Shown: positions 9,980-19,737, counted from the stretch's first letter. The stretch: DNA of 64,000 bases from an uncultured Bacteroidales bacterium (GCA_963781805.1 CAWAHF010000004.1:1242246-1306245), one strand, 5' to 3'. Numbers and translations: made by a program. Notes: a model not told the origin generated them from the letters alone.

Positions 9980-11353
9980 TTATTGGTAATTATCCTTCAG
10001 GTAATTTTTAAACGCAAGATAGTCATTTTTAATCATATCAAATTTTTCCTCTTTGCCATCCAACCCCTGTAAACTTTCCGGTAATTCGGGCTCAATGCCA
10101 AGAATAGCCCTTATCTCAGCGGGGAATTTTGCAGGATGCGCTGTTTCAAGACTTACACATAGCTGGCCGGCAGATGCATCCGAAGGATTTGTTCTCAAAT
10201 TGTCCATCAGCCCGGCCCAGGAAACTGCTCCATGCGGTTCGAGTATCAGATTATGTTCCTCATAAGCCATTTTAAGTGTTTCTTTGGTTAGTTCATCGCT
10301 GACACTCACAGCATACATGTCATTCCTCATCAGTTGAATATCAGGTTCTCTTAAAATTGTTCCCTTTTCATTCATCACTCCTCCATAAAGCGATACAATT
10401 CTCGCCATATTGCTGGGATGGCCTACATTCATTGCACTCGAAATGCAATTTATGGAGGGGACAATGGTGTTATACATCCCAGTTCTCCAGTATATGGGAA
10501 CTTCATCATTCTCATTGGTAGAAACTACAAATCTCTTTAGGGGTAATCCCGTTTTCATGGCGATCAGGCCTCCCATCAGGTTGCCAAAATTTCCTGATGG
10601 AACCGAGAAGATAATTTTATCGTCAGGATTTCCATTAGTTAGTTTTGAAAAGGCATAAATATAATAAACGGACTGAGGAATCAATCTGCCGATATTAATT
10701 GAATTTGCAGAAGAAAGCTTAAGATAATCAAGTTCAGGATCCGAAAATGCTTTCTTCACCAGCGCCTGGCAATCATCAAATTTACCATTGAGGGCTATAA
10801 TCTGAATATTTTTATGAAGAGTAGTCATTTGCTTCCGCTGCCTGTCAGTGACCTCTTTTTCCGGGTATAGCACAACCACATTGATATTATCCAGTCCGTA
10901 AAAAGCATTTGCAATTGCACTTCCCGTGTCACCCGAAGTAGCAGTAAGAATGAGAAGTTCTCTATTTTCACGTTGCAGAAAATATTGCATCAGGCGTCCC
11001 ATCATGCGTGCGGCAAAATCTTTGAATGAAGCTGTAGGCCCATGATCCAACCGCATAATATATTTTCTGTCATACACTTTTTCAAGCGGAACCTGAAAAT
11101 CATAAGCCTCTTTAACAATATTCATCAGGTCAGCATCCGGAATTTCAGAATGCAGAAATTTTCGGGTAACCTCGTAGGCAATCTGATAATAATCAAGCGA
11201 AGAAAAAGATCTGAATTCTTCCCTGGCAATAACCGGAATCCTCTCCGGCATAAAGAGTCCTCCGTCAGGGGCAAGACCTTTTAACAAGGCATCTCTGAAA
11301 GAAACATTATCAGCTTTTAGATTGGTAGAATAATATGTAATCTGATCCGACAT
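9980..11353 (-). CDS. thrC: Threonine synthase
   Basis: PLP-lysine motif TASFKDFAA. Length and overall similarity to ThrC. Adjacent to thrA. Confidence 0.9.
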   Translation of the reverse strand: MSDQITYYSTNLKADNVSFRDALLKGLAPDGGLFMPERIPVIAREEFRSFSSLDYYQIAYEVTRKFLHSEIPDADLMNIVKEAYDFQVPLEKVYDRKYIMRLDHGPTASFKDFAARMMGRLMQYFLQRENRELLILTATSGDTGSAIANAFYGLDNINVVVLYPEKEVTDRQRKQMTTLHKNIQIIALNGKFDDCQALVKKAFSDPELDYLKLSSANSINIGRLIPQSVYYIYAFSKLTNGNPDDKIIFSVPSGNFGNLMGGLIAMKTGLPLKRFVVSTNENDEVPIYWRTGMYNTIVPSINCISSAMNVGHPSNMARIVSLYGGVMNEKGTILREPDIQLMRNDMYAVSVSDELTKETLKMAYEEHNLILEPHGAVSWAGLMDNLRTNPSDASAGQLCVSLETAHPAKFPAEIRAILGIEPELPESLQGLDGKEEKFDMIKNDYLAFKNYLKDNYQ

Positions 11354-12043
11354 TTAATGGTTTATATTTCTATTCAATAATTCAAATTCGTGTAATCCAA
11401 AATCTTCCAGCGAACGAACCTTCATATCGGTAAAATCAAACCTGGTTTCAGTAAAATCAGTTTTACTGAGAACAGCCACAACTTTCATCCTGGCAGATTT
11501 AGCCGCCAATGCTCCAAAAAAAGAATCTTCGAAAGCCAGGCACTTTTCCGGTTCAATATTCAACAGTTTCGCAGCTGCCAGGTAAACAGCAGGATGCGGT
11601 TTGCCAAATTCTTCGTGTTCGCTTGAACAGACGGCTGCAAACTTATCCTTTAATTTTATTTTTTCCAATACCGTCTGAATAATTTTCATTTCTGAAGATG
11701 AAGCTACAGCCACGGGTATTTTTAAGTTGTTTAAGAAACTTATTATTTCATGAACACCTTCTTTTGCCTTTCCCTGATCCATGATCAATGCAAGGACTTC
11801 CCGGATAATTTCAGCTGCTACCTGTTTAAAAGTAATGTCATTCCAGGGCTTAATAGAATAAACATACCTTATTGTACTGAGACTATCCAGGCCGGTTGTT
11901 TGTCGGCATATTTCAGAAGTAAACTCAATTCCTATTGATTTAAAAACCTTTTTAGCAGCAATTTCCCAAAATGGCTCCGAATCAATGATAATGCCATCGA
12001 GGTCGAATATTACACCTTCAATCACCCTACCCTTTTTATACAT
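11354..12043 (-). CDS. HAD-IA family hydrolase (beta-phosphoglucomutase-like phosphatase) in the thr operon
   Basis: HAD motif I VIFDLDGIIIDSE. The probable true start is the internal Met (MYKKGRV…), giving an ATGA-type overlap with the thrA stop. The ORF-track start at 12103 overlaps thrA by 68 bp. Confidence 0.7.
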   Translation of the reverse strand: MYKKGRVIEGVIFDLDGIIIDSEPFWEIAAKKVFKSIGIEFTSEICRQTTGLDSLSTIRYVYSIKPWNDITFKQVAAEIIREVLALIMDQGKAKEGVHEIISFLNNLKIPVAVASSSEMKIIQTVLEKIKLKDKFAAVCSSEHEEFGKPHPAVYLAAAKLLNIEPEKCLAFEDSFFGALAAKSARMKVVAVLSKTDFTETRFDFTDMKVRSLEDFGLHEFELLNRNINH

Positions 12044-14465
12044 TTGCCACCCTGATGATATCCGCAAATACCCCGGCGGCAGTGACTTCGGCGCCGGCAC
12101 CATAACCCCTGATTACCATCGGCTGCTCACGGTATCTTTCAGTTTGAATAATGATGATATTATTGCTGTCTTCGAGGTGAAATGCGGGGTGATTCGAATC
12201 TATTTCCTGCAAACCAATAGTGGCTTTTCCTTCATTTAACGTTGCCACATATCTCATTTTTTTATCTTTGTCAGTTACCTGTTTCCTCTTTGATTCAAAG
12301 GTTGCATCATACTTTTTAATCTTCGACCAGAAATCATCGATAGATCCCTGAAGAATATCAGCCGGAAGAAAGGGATCAATCTTCACATCTTCTTTTTCAA
12401 GCGGATATCCGGCTTCGCGTGCCAGAATAATCAGTTTTCTAATCACATCGGTACCGCTCAGATCAATCCTCGGATCGGGTTCTGAATATCCCTTTTCCTG
12501 TGCCATCTTCACAGCCTGACTTAACTTAATTTCCTCGCTCAGAATGTTCAGAATAAAATTAAGCGTACCTGAAAGAACCGCTTCAAGCGAAATAATTTTG
12601 TCCCCGCTGCGTATCAGATCATTTAACGTACTGATAATGGGTAATCCGGCGCCTACATTGGTCTCGTACATAAACTTAACCTTCTTGTCCTGCGCAATGG
12701 TTTTAAGATCTTTATATAGTCTGTAAGATGAAGAACAGGAAATTTTATTCGCAGTAACCACAGATATAAAGGAATTGAGAATATTTACATAGGTAGAAGC
12801 AACTTTTTCATTTGCCGTACAATCGATAAACACACTATTTCTGTAATTCAGATAACGCATTTTCTGCAGGTATAAATCCATATCTGCTCTTTCTCCTTGT
12901 TTGTCAATCTGTTCAGCATAATTTTCCAAATCTATACCTTCCTGTACCATTAACATTTTCCTGGAATTGCTGATTCCGATCACATTTATGTTGAGTTTAT
13001 TTTCTTTCAGAAGTTTTTGTTTCTGATTTTTAATCTGGTCAAGTAACTGGTTTCCCACCGTTCCGATTCCCATCAGGTAAAGATGTAACTCCTTAATATG
13101 TGAAAGGAAGAATCCTTCATGGATTACATTTAATGCTTTTTTCAGCGATTCTTTTTTAATGACCACAGAAATATTTAATTCGGAAGATCCCTGTGCGGTG
13201 GCAATTACACTTATACCATTTCTTCCGAGCGATGAAAAAAGATTTGCAGAGATACCCGGAGTATTTTTCATTTGCTCACCCACGATGGCAATTACAGATA
13301 ATTCTTTTTCAACATGAATAATAAGTTCATTTCTCAATTTTATCTCTGCTTCAAATTCCTTCTCAAGCAATAGAAGAGCTTCTTCAATGTCGCGAGGACT
13401 AATCGCAAACGTTATAGAGTATTCAGAAGATGCCTGTGTTATCAGGATGATGTTGATATTATTATTTGTCAACACATTAAACAATCTTCCGGTAAGACCT
13501 GTCGGGCCAACCATTCCCGGACCCTGAAGGGTTACCAGAATAATATCATCGATGGATGAAATCCCTTTAATCAGCTTATCTGATTTCACTTTGTCATCCT
13601 GGGAAATGATGGTTCCTTTTGTTTTGGGATTCAGTGTATTTTTAATCAGGATTTCGATGTTTTTGAGATAAACAGGCTGGATGGTCGGAGTATAAATAAC
13701 TTCGGCGCCAAAGTGGGATAATTCAATTGCTTCGGCATAGCTGAGAGATTCAATGGCGAAAGCTTTTCTGACTTTTTTCGGATCCGCTGTCATAAATCCA
13801 TCCACATCGGTCCAGATTTCAAGACGGTTCGCATCAATGGCGGCGGCAAAAATAGCTGCCGTATAGTCGGTTCCGCCTTTGCCCAGCGTGGTTGCTTCGT
13901 TTCGTTCATTACTTGCAATAAATCCGGGAACAATAGCAATTTTGTCGAAATTCCTGAACCTGAATTTTAATTGCCGGTTGGTAACCGAGAAATTAACTTT
14001 TGCTGCACCAAAATCACTATTGGTCTTAATGAGGTTTCTTACATCCAGTAATTCTGAATTCTCAATTACTTCGCTGATTATCAGGGACGACATCAATTCA
14101 CCGAAACTCAACACCTTATCCTGAATTTTTGCAGTAATATCTCCAAGCAGATAAATTCCGTTAACAATATTTGAGAGTTCTTTCAGATAGGCATTAATGC
14201 GGTTAAGAATATCATTCACTTTAGGACCCTCAAACAATGCACTGATAAAATCAAGGTGCAATCCTTCGATTTCGTTATACACCTTAAAAAAGTCCCTGTC
14301 CTTTGTAGCTGCCAGATGACAAAGATTCAACAGTTTTTCGGTTATACCTTTAAAAGCGGATACAACAACCACAATCTGTTCGTTCTGACTTTCAACAATC
14401 TTTTTAATTTCAATTATTCTTTCGGGACTTACGACAGAAGAGACTCCAAACTTTAATACTTTCAT
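12036..14465 (-). CDS. thrA: Bifunctional aspartokinase / homoserine dehydrogenase I
   Basis: 809 aa. N-terminal amino-acid-kinase domain (MKVLKFGVSSV), ACT region, C-terminal homoserine dehydrogenase (MGIGTVGNQL…). Confidence 0.92.
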   Translation of the reverse strand: MKVLKFGVSSVVSPERIIEIKKIVESQNEQIVVVVSAFKGITEKLLNLCHLAATKDRDFFKVYNEIEGLHLDFISALFEGPKVNDILNRINAYLKELSNIVNGIYLLGDITAKIQDKVLSFGELMSSLIISEVIENSELLDVRNLIKTNSDFGAAKVNFSVTNRQLKFRFRNFDKIAIVPGFIASNERNEATTLGKGGTDYTAAIFAAAIDANRLEIWTDVDGFMTADPKKVRKAFAIESLSYAEAIELSHFGAEVIYTPTIQPVYLKNIEILIKNTLNPKTKGTIISQDDKVKSDKLIKGISSIDDIILVTLQGPGMVGPTGLTGRLFNVLTNNNINIILITQASSEYSITFAISPRDIEEALLLLEKEFEAEIKLRNELIIHVEKELSVIAIVGEQMKNTPGISANLFSSLGRNGISVIATAQGSSELNISVVIKKESLKKALNVIHEGFFLSHIKELHLYLMGIGTVGNQLLDQIKNQKQKLLKENKLNINVIGISNSRKMLMVQEGIDLENYAEQIDKQGERADMDLYLQKMRYLNYRNSVFIDCTANEKVASTYVNILNSFISVVTANKISCSSSYRLYKDLKTIAQDKKVKFMYETNVGAGLPIISTLNDLIRSGDKIISLEAVLSGTLNFILNILSEEIKLSQAVKMAQEKGYSEPDPRIDLSGTDVIRKLIILAREAGYPLEKEDVKIDPFLPADILQGSIDDFWSKIKKYDATFESKRKQVTDKDKKMRYVATLNEGKATIGLQEIDSNHPAFHLEDSNNIIIIQTERYREQPMVIRGYGAGAEVTAAGVFADIIRVANV

Positions 14466-14469
14466 GTTT

Positions 14470-14679
14470 TCAAGGATTTACCATAAAATTAAAAAAATTT
14501 ATCCTAACAGCCATAAAAGTTGGGAGATAGTATTGAAAAATAGTTAACTGAAATTTGGGAAAAGTAAACTGAGAATGAACTGAGGGGAAAAGGTGACAGG
14601 GGTATGGAGGGTATGGGGGTATAGGGGGTATAGGGGGAATTGTCAAGTCCTGAAATAAGTTTTCAAAAAAAGCAAACAA
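14470..14679 (-). other. Upstream ORF (69 aa) containing PPIPPIPPYPPYP. It ends 4 nt before the thrA ATG and may be a leader/regulatory uORF.
   Basis: ORF spans a C-rich tandem repeat. The stop is 4 nt upstream of the thrA start. It is neither Thr-rich nor Ile-rich. Confidence 0.25.
14598..14637. repeat. Tandem 9-10-bp repeat (GGGGTATRG)x4 in the thrA 5' leader; C-rich on the mRNA strand
   Basis: ggggtatggagggtatgggggtatagggggtataggggg, read directly from the sequence. Confidence 0.85.
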
Positions 14680-14889
14680 AAAACAGGTTTATGAAAAATC
14701 GAATTAGGAACCCATTGACGTTGAAGTCCGAACTCAGTATTCGAAACTTAAACCCAATCATTCCTTAATTAAATATATCAGTTGCTTTGGATTTCAAATA
14801 AAGTCGCAGCTGACACGCCTGAATCCGGAACTCAGAACTCAGAATCCGGAACTCCAAAACCAACCTTCATTTAAATTCCGGTTGACAAG

Positions 14890-14920
14890 CCCGGAACCCG
14901 GAACTCGGAACCCGGAACTT
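14890..14920. repeat. Tandem heptamer array (CCCGGAA CCCGGAA CTCGGAA CCCGGAA) immediately 3' of the fabD stop codon
   Basis: Read directly from the sequence. A second degenerate cluster lies at 14823..14853 (ccggaactcagaactcagaatccggaactcc). Confidence 0.85.
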
Positions 14921-15805
14921 CTAACCCAATTGTGCGCTCAATGTTTCTATTTCCCTATCAACTTTCTTGATTAATCCCTGCAGAACTTTACCAGGCCCGA
15001 CCTCTGTAAAAGATTTTGCACCCCCGGCGATCATATTTTTAACAGTCTGAGTCCATCTTACAGGAGCGGTGAGTTGTGCCTTCAGGTTTTTCTTAATTTC
15101 ATCAGAATTTGTAACAGCCCGTGCAGTTACATTCTGATATACCGGACAGATTGGTTTTGCAAATCCGGCTTCCTCAATGGCTGCCTCAAGCTCAATTCTG
15201 GCCGGTTCCATAAGCGGTGAATGAAATGCGCCACCAACGGGCAATTTTAATGCTCTTTTTGCACCCAAAGCAGTAAATTTTTCAATCGCAGCGTCAATTC
15301 CCCTGTAGGAACCTGAAATAACCAACTGTCCCGGACAATTATAATTAGCAGGCACTACAATTTCAGAAATTTCAGAACAGGCTTTTTCCACAATTTCATC
15401 GTCCAGACCAACGATTGCAGCCATGGTTGAGGGCTCTTTTTCACATGCTTTCTGCATGGCCATGGCACGTTTTGAAACCAGCACCAGTCCATCTTCGAAA
15501 GTTAATGCCCCGGCAGCCACTAATGCTGAAAATTCTCCAAGCGAATGCCCGGCAACCATATCGGGTTTAAAATTAGCTCCGAGTACTTTTGCCAGTATAA
15601 CCGAATGGAGAAAAATTGCCGGTTGGGTTACCTTTGTCTGTTTTAAATCCTCATCGGTACCGGCAAACATGATATCTGTAATCCGAAAACCTAAAATCTC
15701 ATTTGCTTGTTCAAACATCGATTTTGCAATATCGGAATTATCGTATAAATCTTTACCCATGCCCACATACTGAGCGCCCTGTCCGGGAAATACATATGCT
15801 TTCAT
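14921..15805 (-). CDS. fabD: Malonyl-CoA:ACP transacylase
   Basis: GQGAQYVGMG and GHSLGE active-site motifs; ~294 aa. Confidence 0.9.
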   Translation of the reverse strand: MKAYVFPGQGAQYVGMGKDLYDNSDIAKSMFEQANEILGFRITDIMFAGTDEDLKQTKVTQPAIFLHSVILAKVLGANFKPDMVAGHSLGEFSALVAAGALTFEDGLVLVSKRAMAMQKACEKEPSTMAAIVGLDDEIVEKACSEISEIVVPANYNCPGQLVISGSYRGIDAAIEKFTALGAKRALKLPVGGAFHSPLMEPARIELEAAIEEAGFAKPICPVYQNVTARAVTNSDEIKKNLKAQLTAPVRWTQTVKNMIAGGAKSFTEVGPGKVLQGLIKKVDREIETLSAQLG

Positions 15806-16033
15806 AAATAGTTATTTAGTTATGGCGCAAAAATATAAAAATTATTTTGATACCAGCTATCTGTACTTCAGGATCATGTTAAACCAACTGACTTAAGGTT
15901 CAATGAATCACCTACTCAGGATATAAATTGTGAAAACTTTTATCAAAACAATTTGTTAGTTAGGCAATAATAAGAAACTTAAACGTTATTTAGAATAAAT
16001 AAAAATAACAAAACCTAACCTTATCTATAATTA

Positions 16034-16885
16034 ATGTTTAAACTCAGCTTTATATTACTGACCATGGTTCTTTTTTCTTTAAGCGAATCAAGGGCATCCT
16101 TTCCATTGAATAAAAAATCAGAGGATCCTGTTTCCAGGTTTATTGTTGGATTTAAAGGAGGTGTAAACTTTTCAGCAGTCAGGCTTATCCATTCCTATTC
16201 TGTATTTGGTTCTTCAACAGCAGAAAAAGATTATGCAGGTCTTTTTAGAAATCCCGGATATCAATATGGTTTTATCGGAGAATACAATATTTCCGGCAGA
16301 TTATCATTCAGTATTCAGCCAACTTTTTACACGTATAGTTACAACTATGAAAACCGGTTGGAATGGATTGATGCATCGAATAGCAGTAACAGGCTCGTGG
16401 CTGTTTATCTTCACCGGCAAAATTTAAAATATATTGGTATTCCGGTATATATTCATTATAAATACAGCATTGGAAGATTTTTTCAGTATGTTCAGGGAGG
16501 TTTGTTTTATGAGTTTTTAACCGGAGCCAGCCAGGAAATCGATATGCGCCAGACCTTATATACCCTTGATGATACAAAGCCTTTGAATTCTGACAACATT
16601 GCCGGAGATGCATCTTCTCTGTTTATCAGATCAAAAATCGGTGCGTTGGCCGGGATTGGCGCAGGATATAACTTTGGCATTCTCATCCTAACATTAGATG
16701 TAAATTACCATCGAAACTTCAATAATATGGTGGACGAAAAAAACAGGTATAATAACCAACAATTTTCAGGACATGCTTACGATATACCCGATGACTTCAG
16801 CCTGAATCATATTGTGGTAAATTTAAGTCTGAAATTCCCTTTGCTTCAGCCAAACTGGTCCAAATCATTAAAATGCAGAACCTGA
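16034..16885 (+). CDS. Outer-membrane beta-barrel protein (porin-like) with signal peptide
   Basis: N-terminal signal peptide. Alternating hydrophobic beta-strand pattern with aromatic-rich strands. C-terminal strand ends in F (…NLSLKF). Confidence 0.55.
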   Translation: MFKLSFILLTMVLFSLSESRASFPLNKKSEDPVSRFIVGFKGGVNFSAVRLIHSYSVFGSSTAEKDYAGLFRNPGYQYGFIGEYNISGRLSFSIQPTFYTYSYNYENRLEWIDASNSSNRLVAVYLHRQNLKYIGIPVYIHYKYSIGRFFQYVQGGLFYEFLTGASQEIDMRQTLYTLDDTKPLNSDNIAGDASSLFIRSKIGALAGIGAGYNFGILILTLDVNYHRNFNNMVDEKNRYNNQQFSGHAYDIPDDFSLNHIVVNLSLKFPLLQPNWSKSLKCRT

Positions 16886-18087
16886 TGAACCGATATTTTG
16901 TAAAACTAATTTGTTTATTAATCTTGGCTTCCGGTTGCGATATCAAAAAAAGTGACGTGGCGCCCAATAATAATTTCATGCGCGTATATGATGATGGCGA
17001 TTTTTCAGCTTCCTATTATCCGCTGGATATGGTGCAAACAGCCGATAATGGATTCCTGATTTTAGCCGGAATTAAACTCGATACTGCAGCGTCCTTATGG
17101 AAACAGTCACCTTATCTGATGAAAACCGATGACAACGGAATAAAAATCTGGGAAACCCGTCTCAATTTGCCTTATGTTTCTCCCATTCCCGGAATTCTAA
17201 AATCTAAAGACACGTATTATACAGTATGTATGGATAATCTTACATTGGAGACACAGGTACTTCAGATTGATTTGAACTCAGGAAACACTTCCCTTTATAA
17301 GACATTGCCTGTAAAATATCCGCTGTATGCATATATTACCAGCAATAATGATTTTATCATATTAAGCTTTGACGTTGTTACGCGCAAATCGAGTATTACA
17401 ACGTATGATGCAAATTTTACCGAACAATGGCAATCAAATCTTGATATTGTTGAAGATGTAAGATACCAGATAATCGATCACTTAAATAAAACAGGACTTA
17501 CCTTTCCGTTTTTTATCGGTGAATTAAAAGAAAATGAACTGGTTACAGGGTATTATGTTAATTGTTTTATCAATTATACCTTGTCACTGGTTTTTCTTGA
17601 TGTTGCCAACGGAAGCACAAAAGGACTGTTAAATGGATTTCAGACAGATGGGGCAGTAAGTTCAGCAGTATTTCTTGATAATGACACCTTTGCTATATCG
17701 CGGTTTAGTTTCGGAGATAATTATATCCTTCCGAAGTTATATATTGATATCAACTCAATAACCTCCGTAAAGGATCTTGCAGGCAGCCTCATCCCTGAAT
17801 TAAGTGACGATGCTAAATTTATTTCAGATAGATTTCGTCTTAGAAACAAGGATGTAATTGTTTATGTATCCGATACAAAAGATAGCCAGATAGCCCTTTA
17901 TTTCTTTGAGTCGGGCACAACAAAACTGTTAAGTTCAAAATACTTCTCCGATTCTAATCCTATTGAGGTCTCCTCCTTTGTAAAAACCACAAAAGGCGGT
18001 TTAGCAGTGCTAACAAGGACTTTTGTGGTTGGCAGATTTCCACGAATAAGCCTTTTCAAAATTGCTCCAGAACAGCTGGGATTCTAA
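16873..18087 (+). CDS. Hypothetical lipoprotein
   Basis: Signal peptide with lipobox LILASGC. Overlaps the preceding OMP gene by 13 bp, suggesting an operon. No recognised domain. Confidence 0.55.
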   Translation: MQNLMNRYFVKLICLLILASGCDIKKSDVAPNNNFMRVYDDGDFSASYYPLDMVQTADNGFLILAGIKLDTAASLWKQSPYLMKTDDNGIKIWETRLNLPYVSPIPGILKSKDTYYTVCMDNLTLETQVLQIDLNSGNTSLYKTLPVKYPLYAYITSNNDFIILSFDVVTRKSSITTYDANFTEQWQSNLDIVEDVRYQIIDHLNKTGLTFPFFIGELKENELVTGYYVNCFINYTLSLVFLDVANGSTKGLLNGFQTDGAVSSAVFLDNDTFAISRFSFGDNYILPKLYIDINSITSVKDLAGSLIPELSDDAKFISDRFRLRNKDVIVYVSDTKDSQIALYFFESGTTKLLSSKYFSDSNPIEVSSFVKTTKGGLAVLTRTFVVGRFPRISLFKIAPEQLGF

Positions 18088-18091
18088 TTTT

Positions 18092-19726
18092 TCAATTTAT
18101 TACAATCTTTTCTGAAACAGTTTTTTCTTCAGTTTTCAGAAATAGTATATAATTCCCTTTTGGATAATCTTTTACTTCAAAGTTAAACCTGTTATAACCA
18201 AATGGCACCTGGTCGTTCATCAGGCTTTTTACCTGCCTGCCTCCTTCATCAATAATACTTAAGTTGATATGTTGAGGTTTATTCACAAAGAATTGAACGT
18301 TAACGCTGCTTGTGACCGGATTCGGATAAGAACTGAACCTGAGATTATCCGTCGAATTTTCTGAAAGTCCCGTAACACCAAATAAATCTACCTTTTTATC
18401 GAGCCAGCTGTCAAAACCTGTAGCCTGAATTGCTGCCGGAGAAGCTGCAAACCAATCTTCCACAATGGAAGAATAAACCTGTCGATAATCGATGGCAAAC
18501 TTAATATTACCCCCATTCAGATTATTCAAATCCGGAGTTGAACCAATTACCCCACCCTTCAGACTGCTTCCGAATATAAATACCGGAGTTGCCATACCAT
18601 GATCGGTACCCAGGCTTGCGTTTGCATAAACACGCCGTCCAAATTCCGTAAATGTCATACTTATTACCCGCTGTTCGATACCCTGTACTGCAAGATCATC
18701 GTGAAATGCCTTGATAGCCGATGAAAGGTGAAACAATAATGCAGCATGGGCTCCCAGAGATGAATTGTATTCTTCCACCTGTTGTCCATGGGTATCAAAG
18801 CCACCAATCCGGCACAGGAAAATACGTGTCTTGATTCCTCCACTTAATAATCGTGCTATCAATCGCAACTGGCCCGATAATGGATTATTTAAGTAACTGT
18901 CAGGTGCTACGCCAGGATAGGTTTCAGGATAAACCACACCGGGTGTATTTGATCCATTGTCATAAACAGTTTTTAACCGACCTGCATATCTGTTTGACAT
19001 TTTTTCAAGTTCCATCAGGTACCGTAGCTCATCGCCGGCATGACTGTCGGGGAATAAAATCGGAGGATCAACTCCCACATTTGTAATTAACTGGTAAAAT
19101 TCGTCCGGGTTACTTATGTTCAATCCAATCGGTATCCCATCCTCACGGTGAAAAGCCAGAGAAAGGGCGCCACCAAGCTCAATTCCTATAGGGTCAGGCA
19201 TCGATTCGGTCGGATAAGCATCTGGATATCCCGGATATTCAACATTAAGCATCCGTCCCATCCAGCCCGAATTAAAATAATCATCAGATCCTCCCCCCAT
19301 GAGCATGATATCACGTCCACGGAAATGCGAAAGGTTCATGTTTTCGTAACCTACATTTTGGACGATTGTGGCTTTACCTGCATCATAAAGTTCTTTGAAT
19401 CCGGTCATGGCAGGGTGCAACCCTACCTGATCGGCAATGGGAAGGGTACTATCAACCATTATATATCCAGCCGGTCCACTTTCGTAAATGGCAATTTTAG
19501 GCCGATTGTTATAATAGATACTATATTGATTGACAGGAATTAAGGTATTCAATCCATCGTTACCGCCATGCAGTTGAACAAGAATTAGCACATTGTCGTT
19601 ATTGCTTGATGCAGCAAGTGATTTTAACCGTTCATTTCCGGCCAATACTTTGAGGGGCATGCCACCCAGCATCATCGAGCCTGCTGTTGCAGCTGTCATA
19701 TTTTTAATAAAACTTCTTCTTTTCAT
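18092..19726 (-). CDS. DUF1501 family protein (sulfatase/alkaline-phosphatase-like) with a twin-arginine signal and a T9SS type-A C-terminal sorting domain
   Basis: N-terminal KRRSFIKNMTAATAGS matches the (S/T)RRxFLK TAT consensus (RRSFIK). The body resembles DUF1501. The C-terminal ~80 aa (…YPNPVTSSVNVQF…GNYILFLKTEEKTVSEKIVIN) looks like a Por secretion tail. Confidence 0.7.
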   Translation of the reverse strand: MKRRSFIKNMTAATAGSMMLGGMPLKVLAGNERLKSLAASSNNDNVLILVQLHGGNDGLNTLIPVNQYSIYYNNRPKIAIYESGPAGYIMVDSTLPIADQVGLHPAMTGFKELYDAGKATIVQNVGYENMNLSHFRGRDIMLMGGGSDDYFNSGWMGRMLNVEYPGYPDAYPTESMPDPIGIELGGALSLAFHREDGIPIGLNISNPDEFYQLITNVGVDPPILFPDSHAGDELRYLMELEKMSNRYAGRLKTVYDNGSNTPGVVYPETYPGVAPDSYLNNPLSGQLRLIARLLSGGIKTRIFLCRIGGFDTHGQQVEEYNSSLGAHAALLFHLSSAIKAFHDDLAVQGIEQRVISMTFTEFGRRVYANASLGTDHGMATPVFIFGSSLKGGVIGSTPDLNNLNGGNIKFAIDYRQVYSSIVEDWFAASPAAIQATGFDSWLDKKVDLFGVTGLSENSTDNLRFSSYPNPVTSSVNVQFFVNKPQHINLSIIDEGGRQVKSLMNDQVPFGYNRFNFEVKDYPKGNYILFLKTEEKTVSEKIVIN

Positions 19727-19737
19727 GTTTGATTGGA

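Noticed and set aside
14470-14679. Upstream ORF as a classical threonine attenuator leader peptide
   Set aside because: There is no run of Thr or Ile codons, so classical attenuation is unlikely. It is kept only as a possible polyproline or Rho-linked leader.
14598-14920. The tandem repeats could be a small CRISPR array
   Set aside because: The units are only 7-10 bp with no unique spacers and no cas genes nearby, so they are simple tandem repeats.
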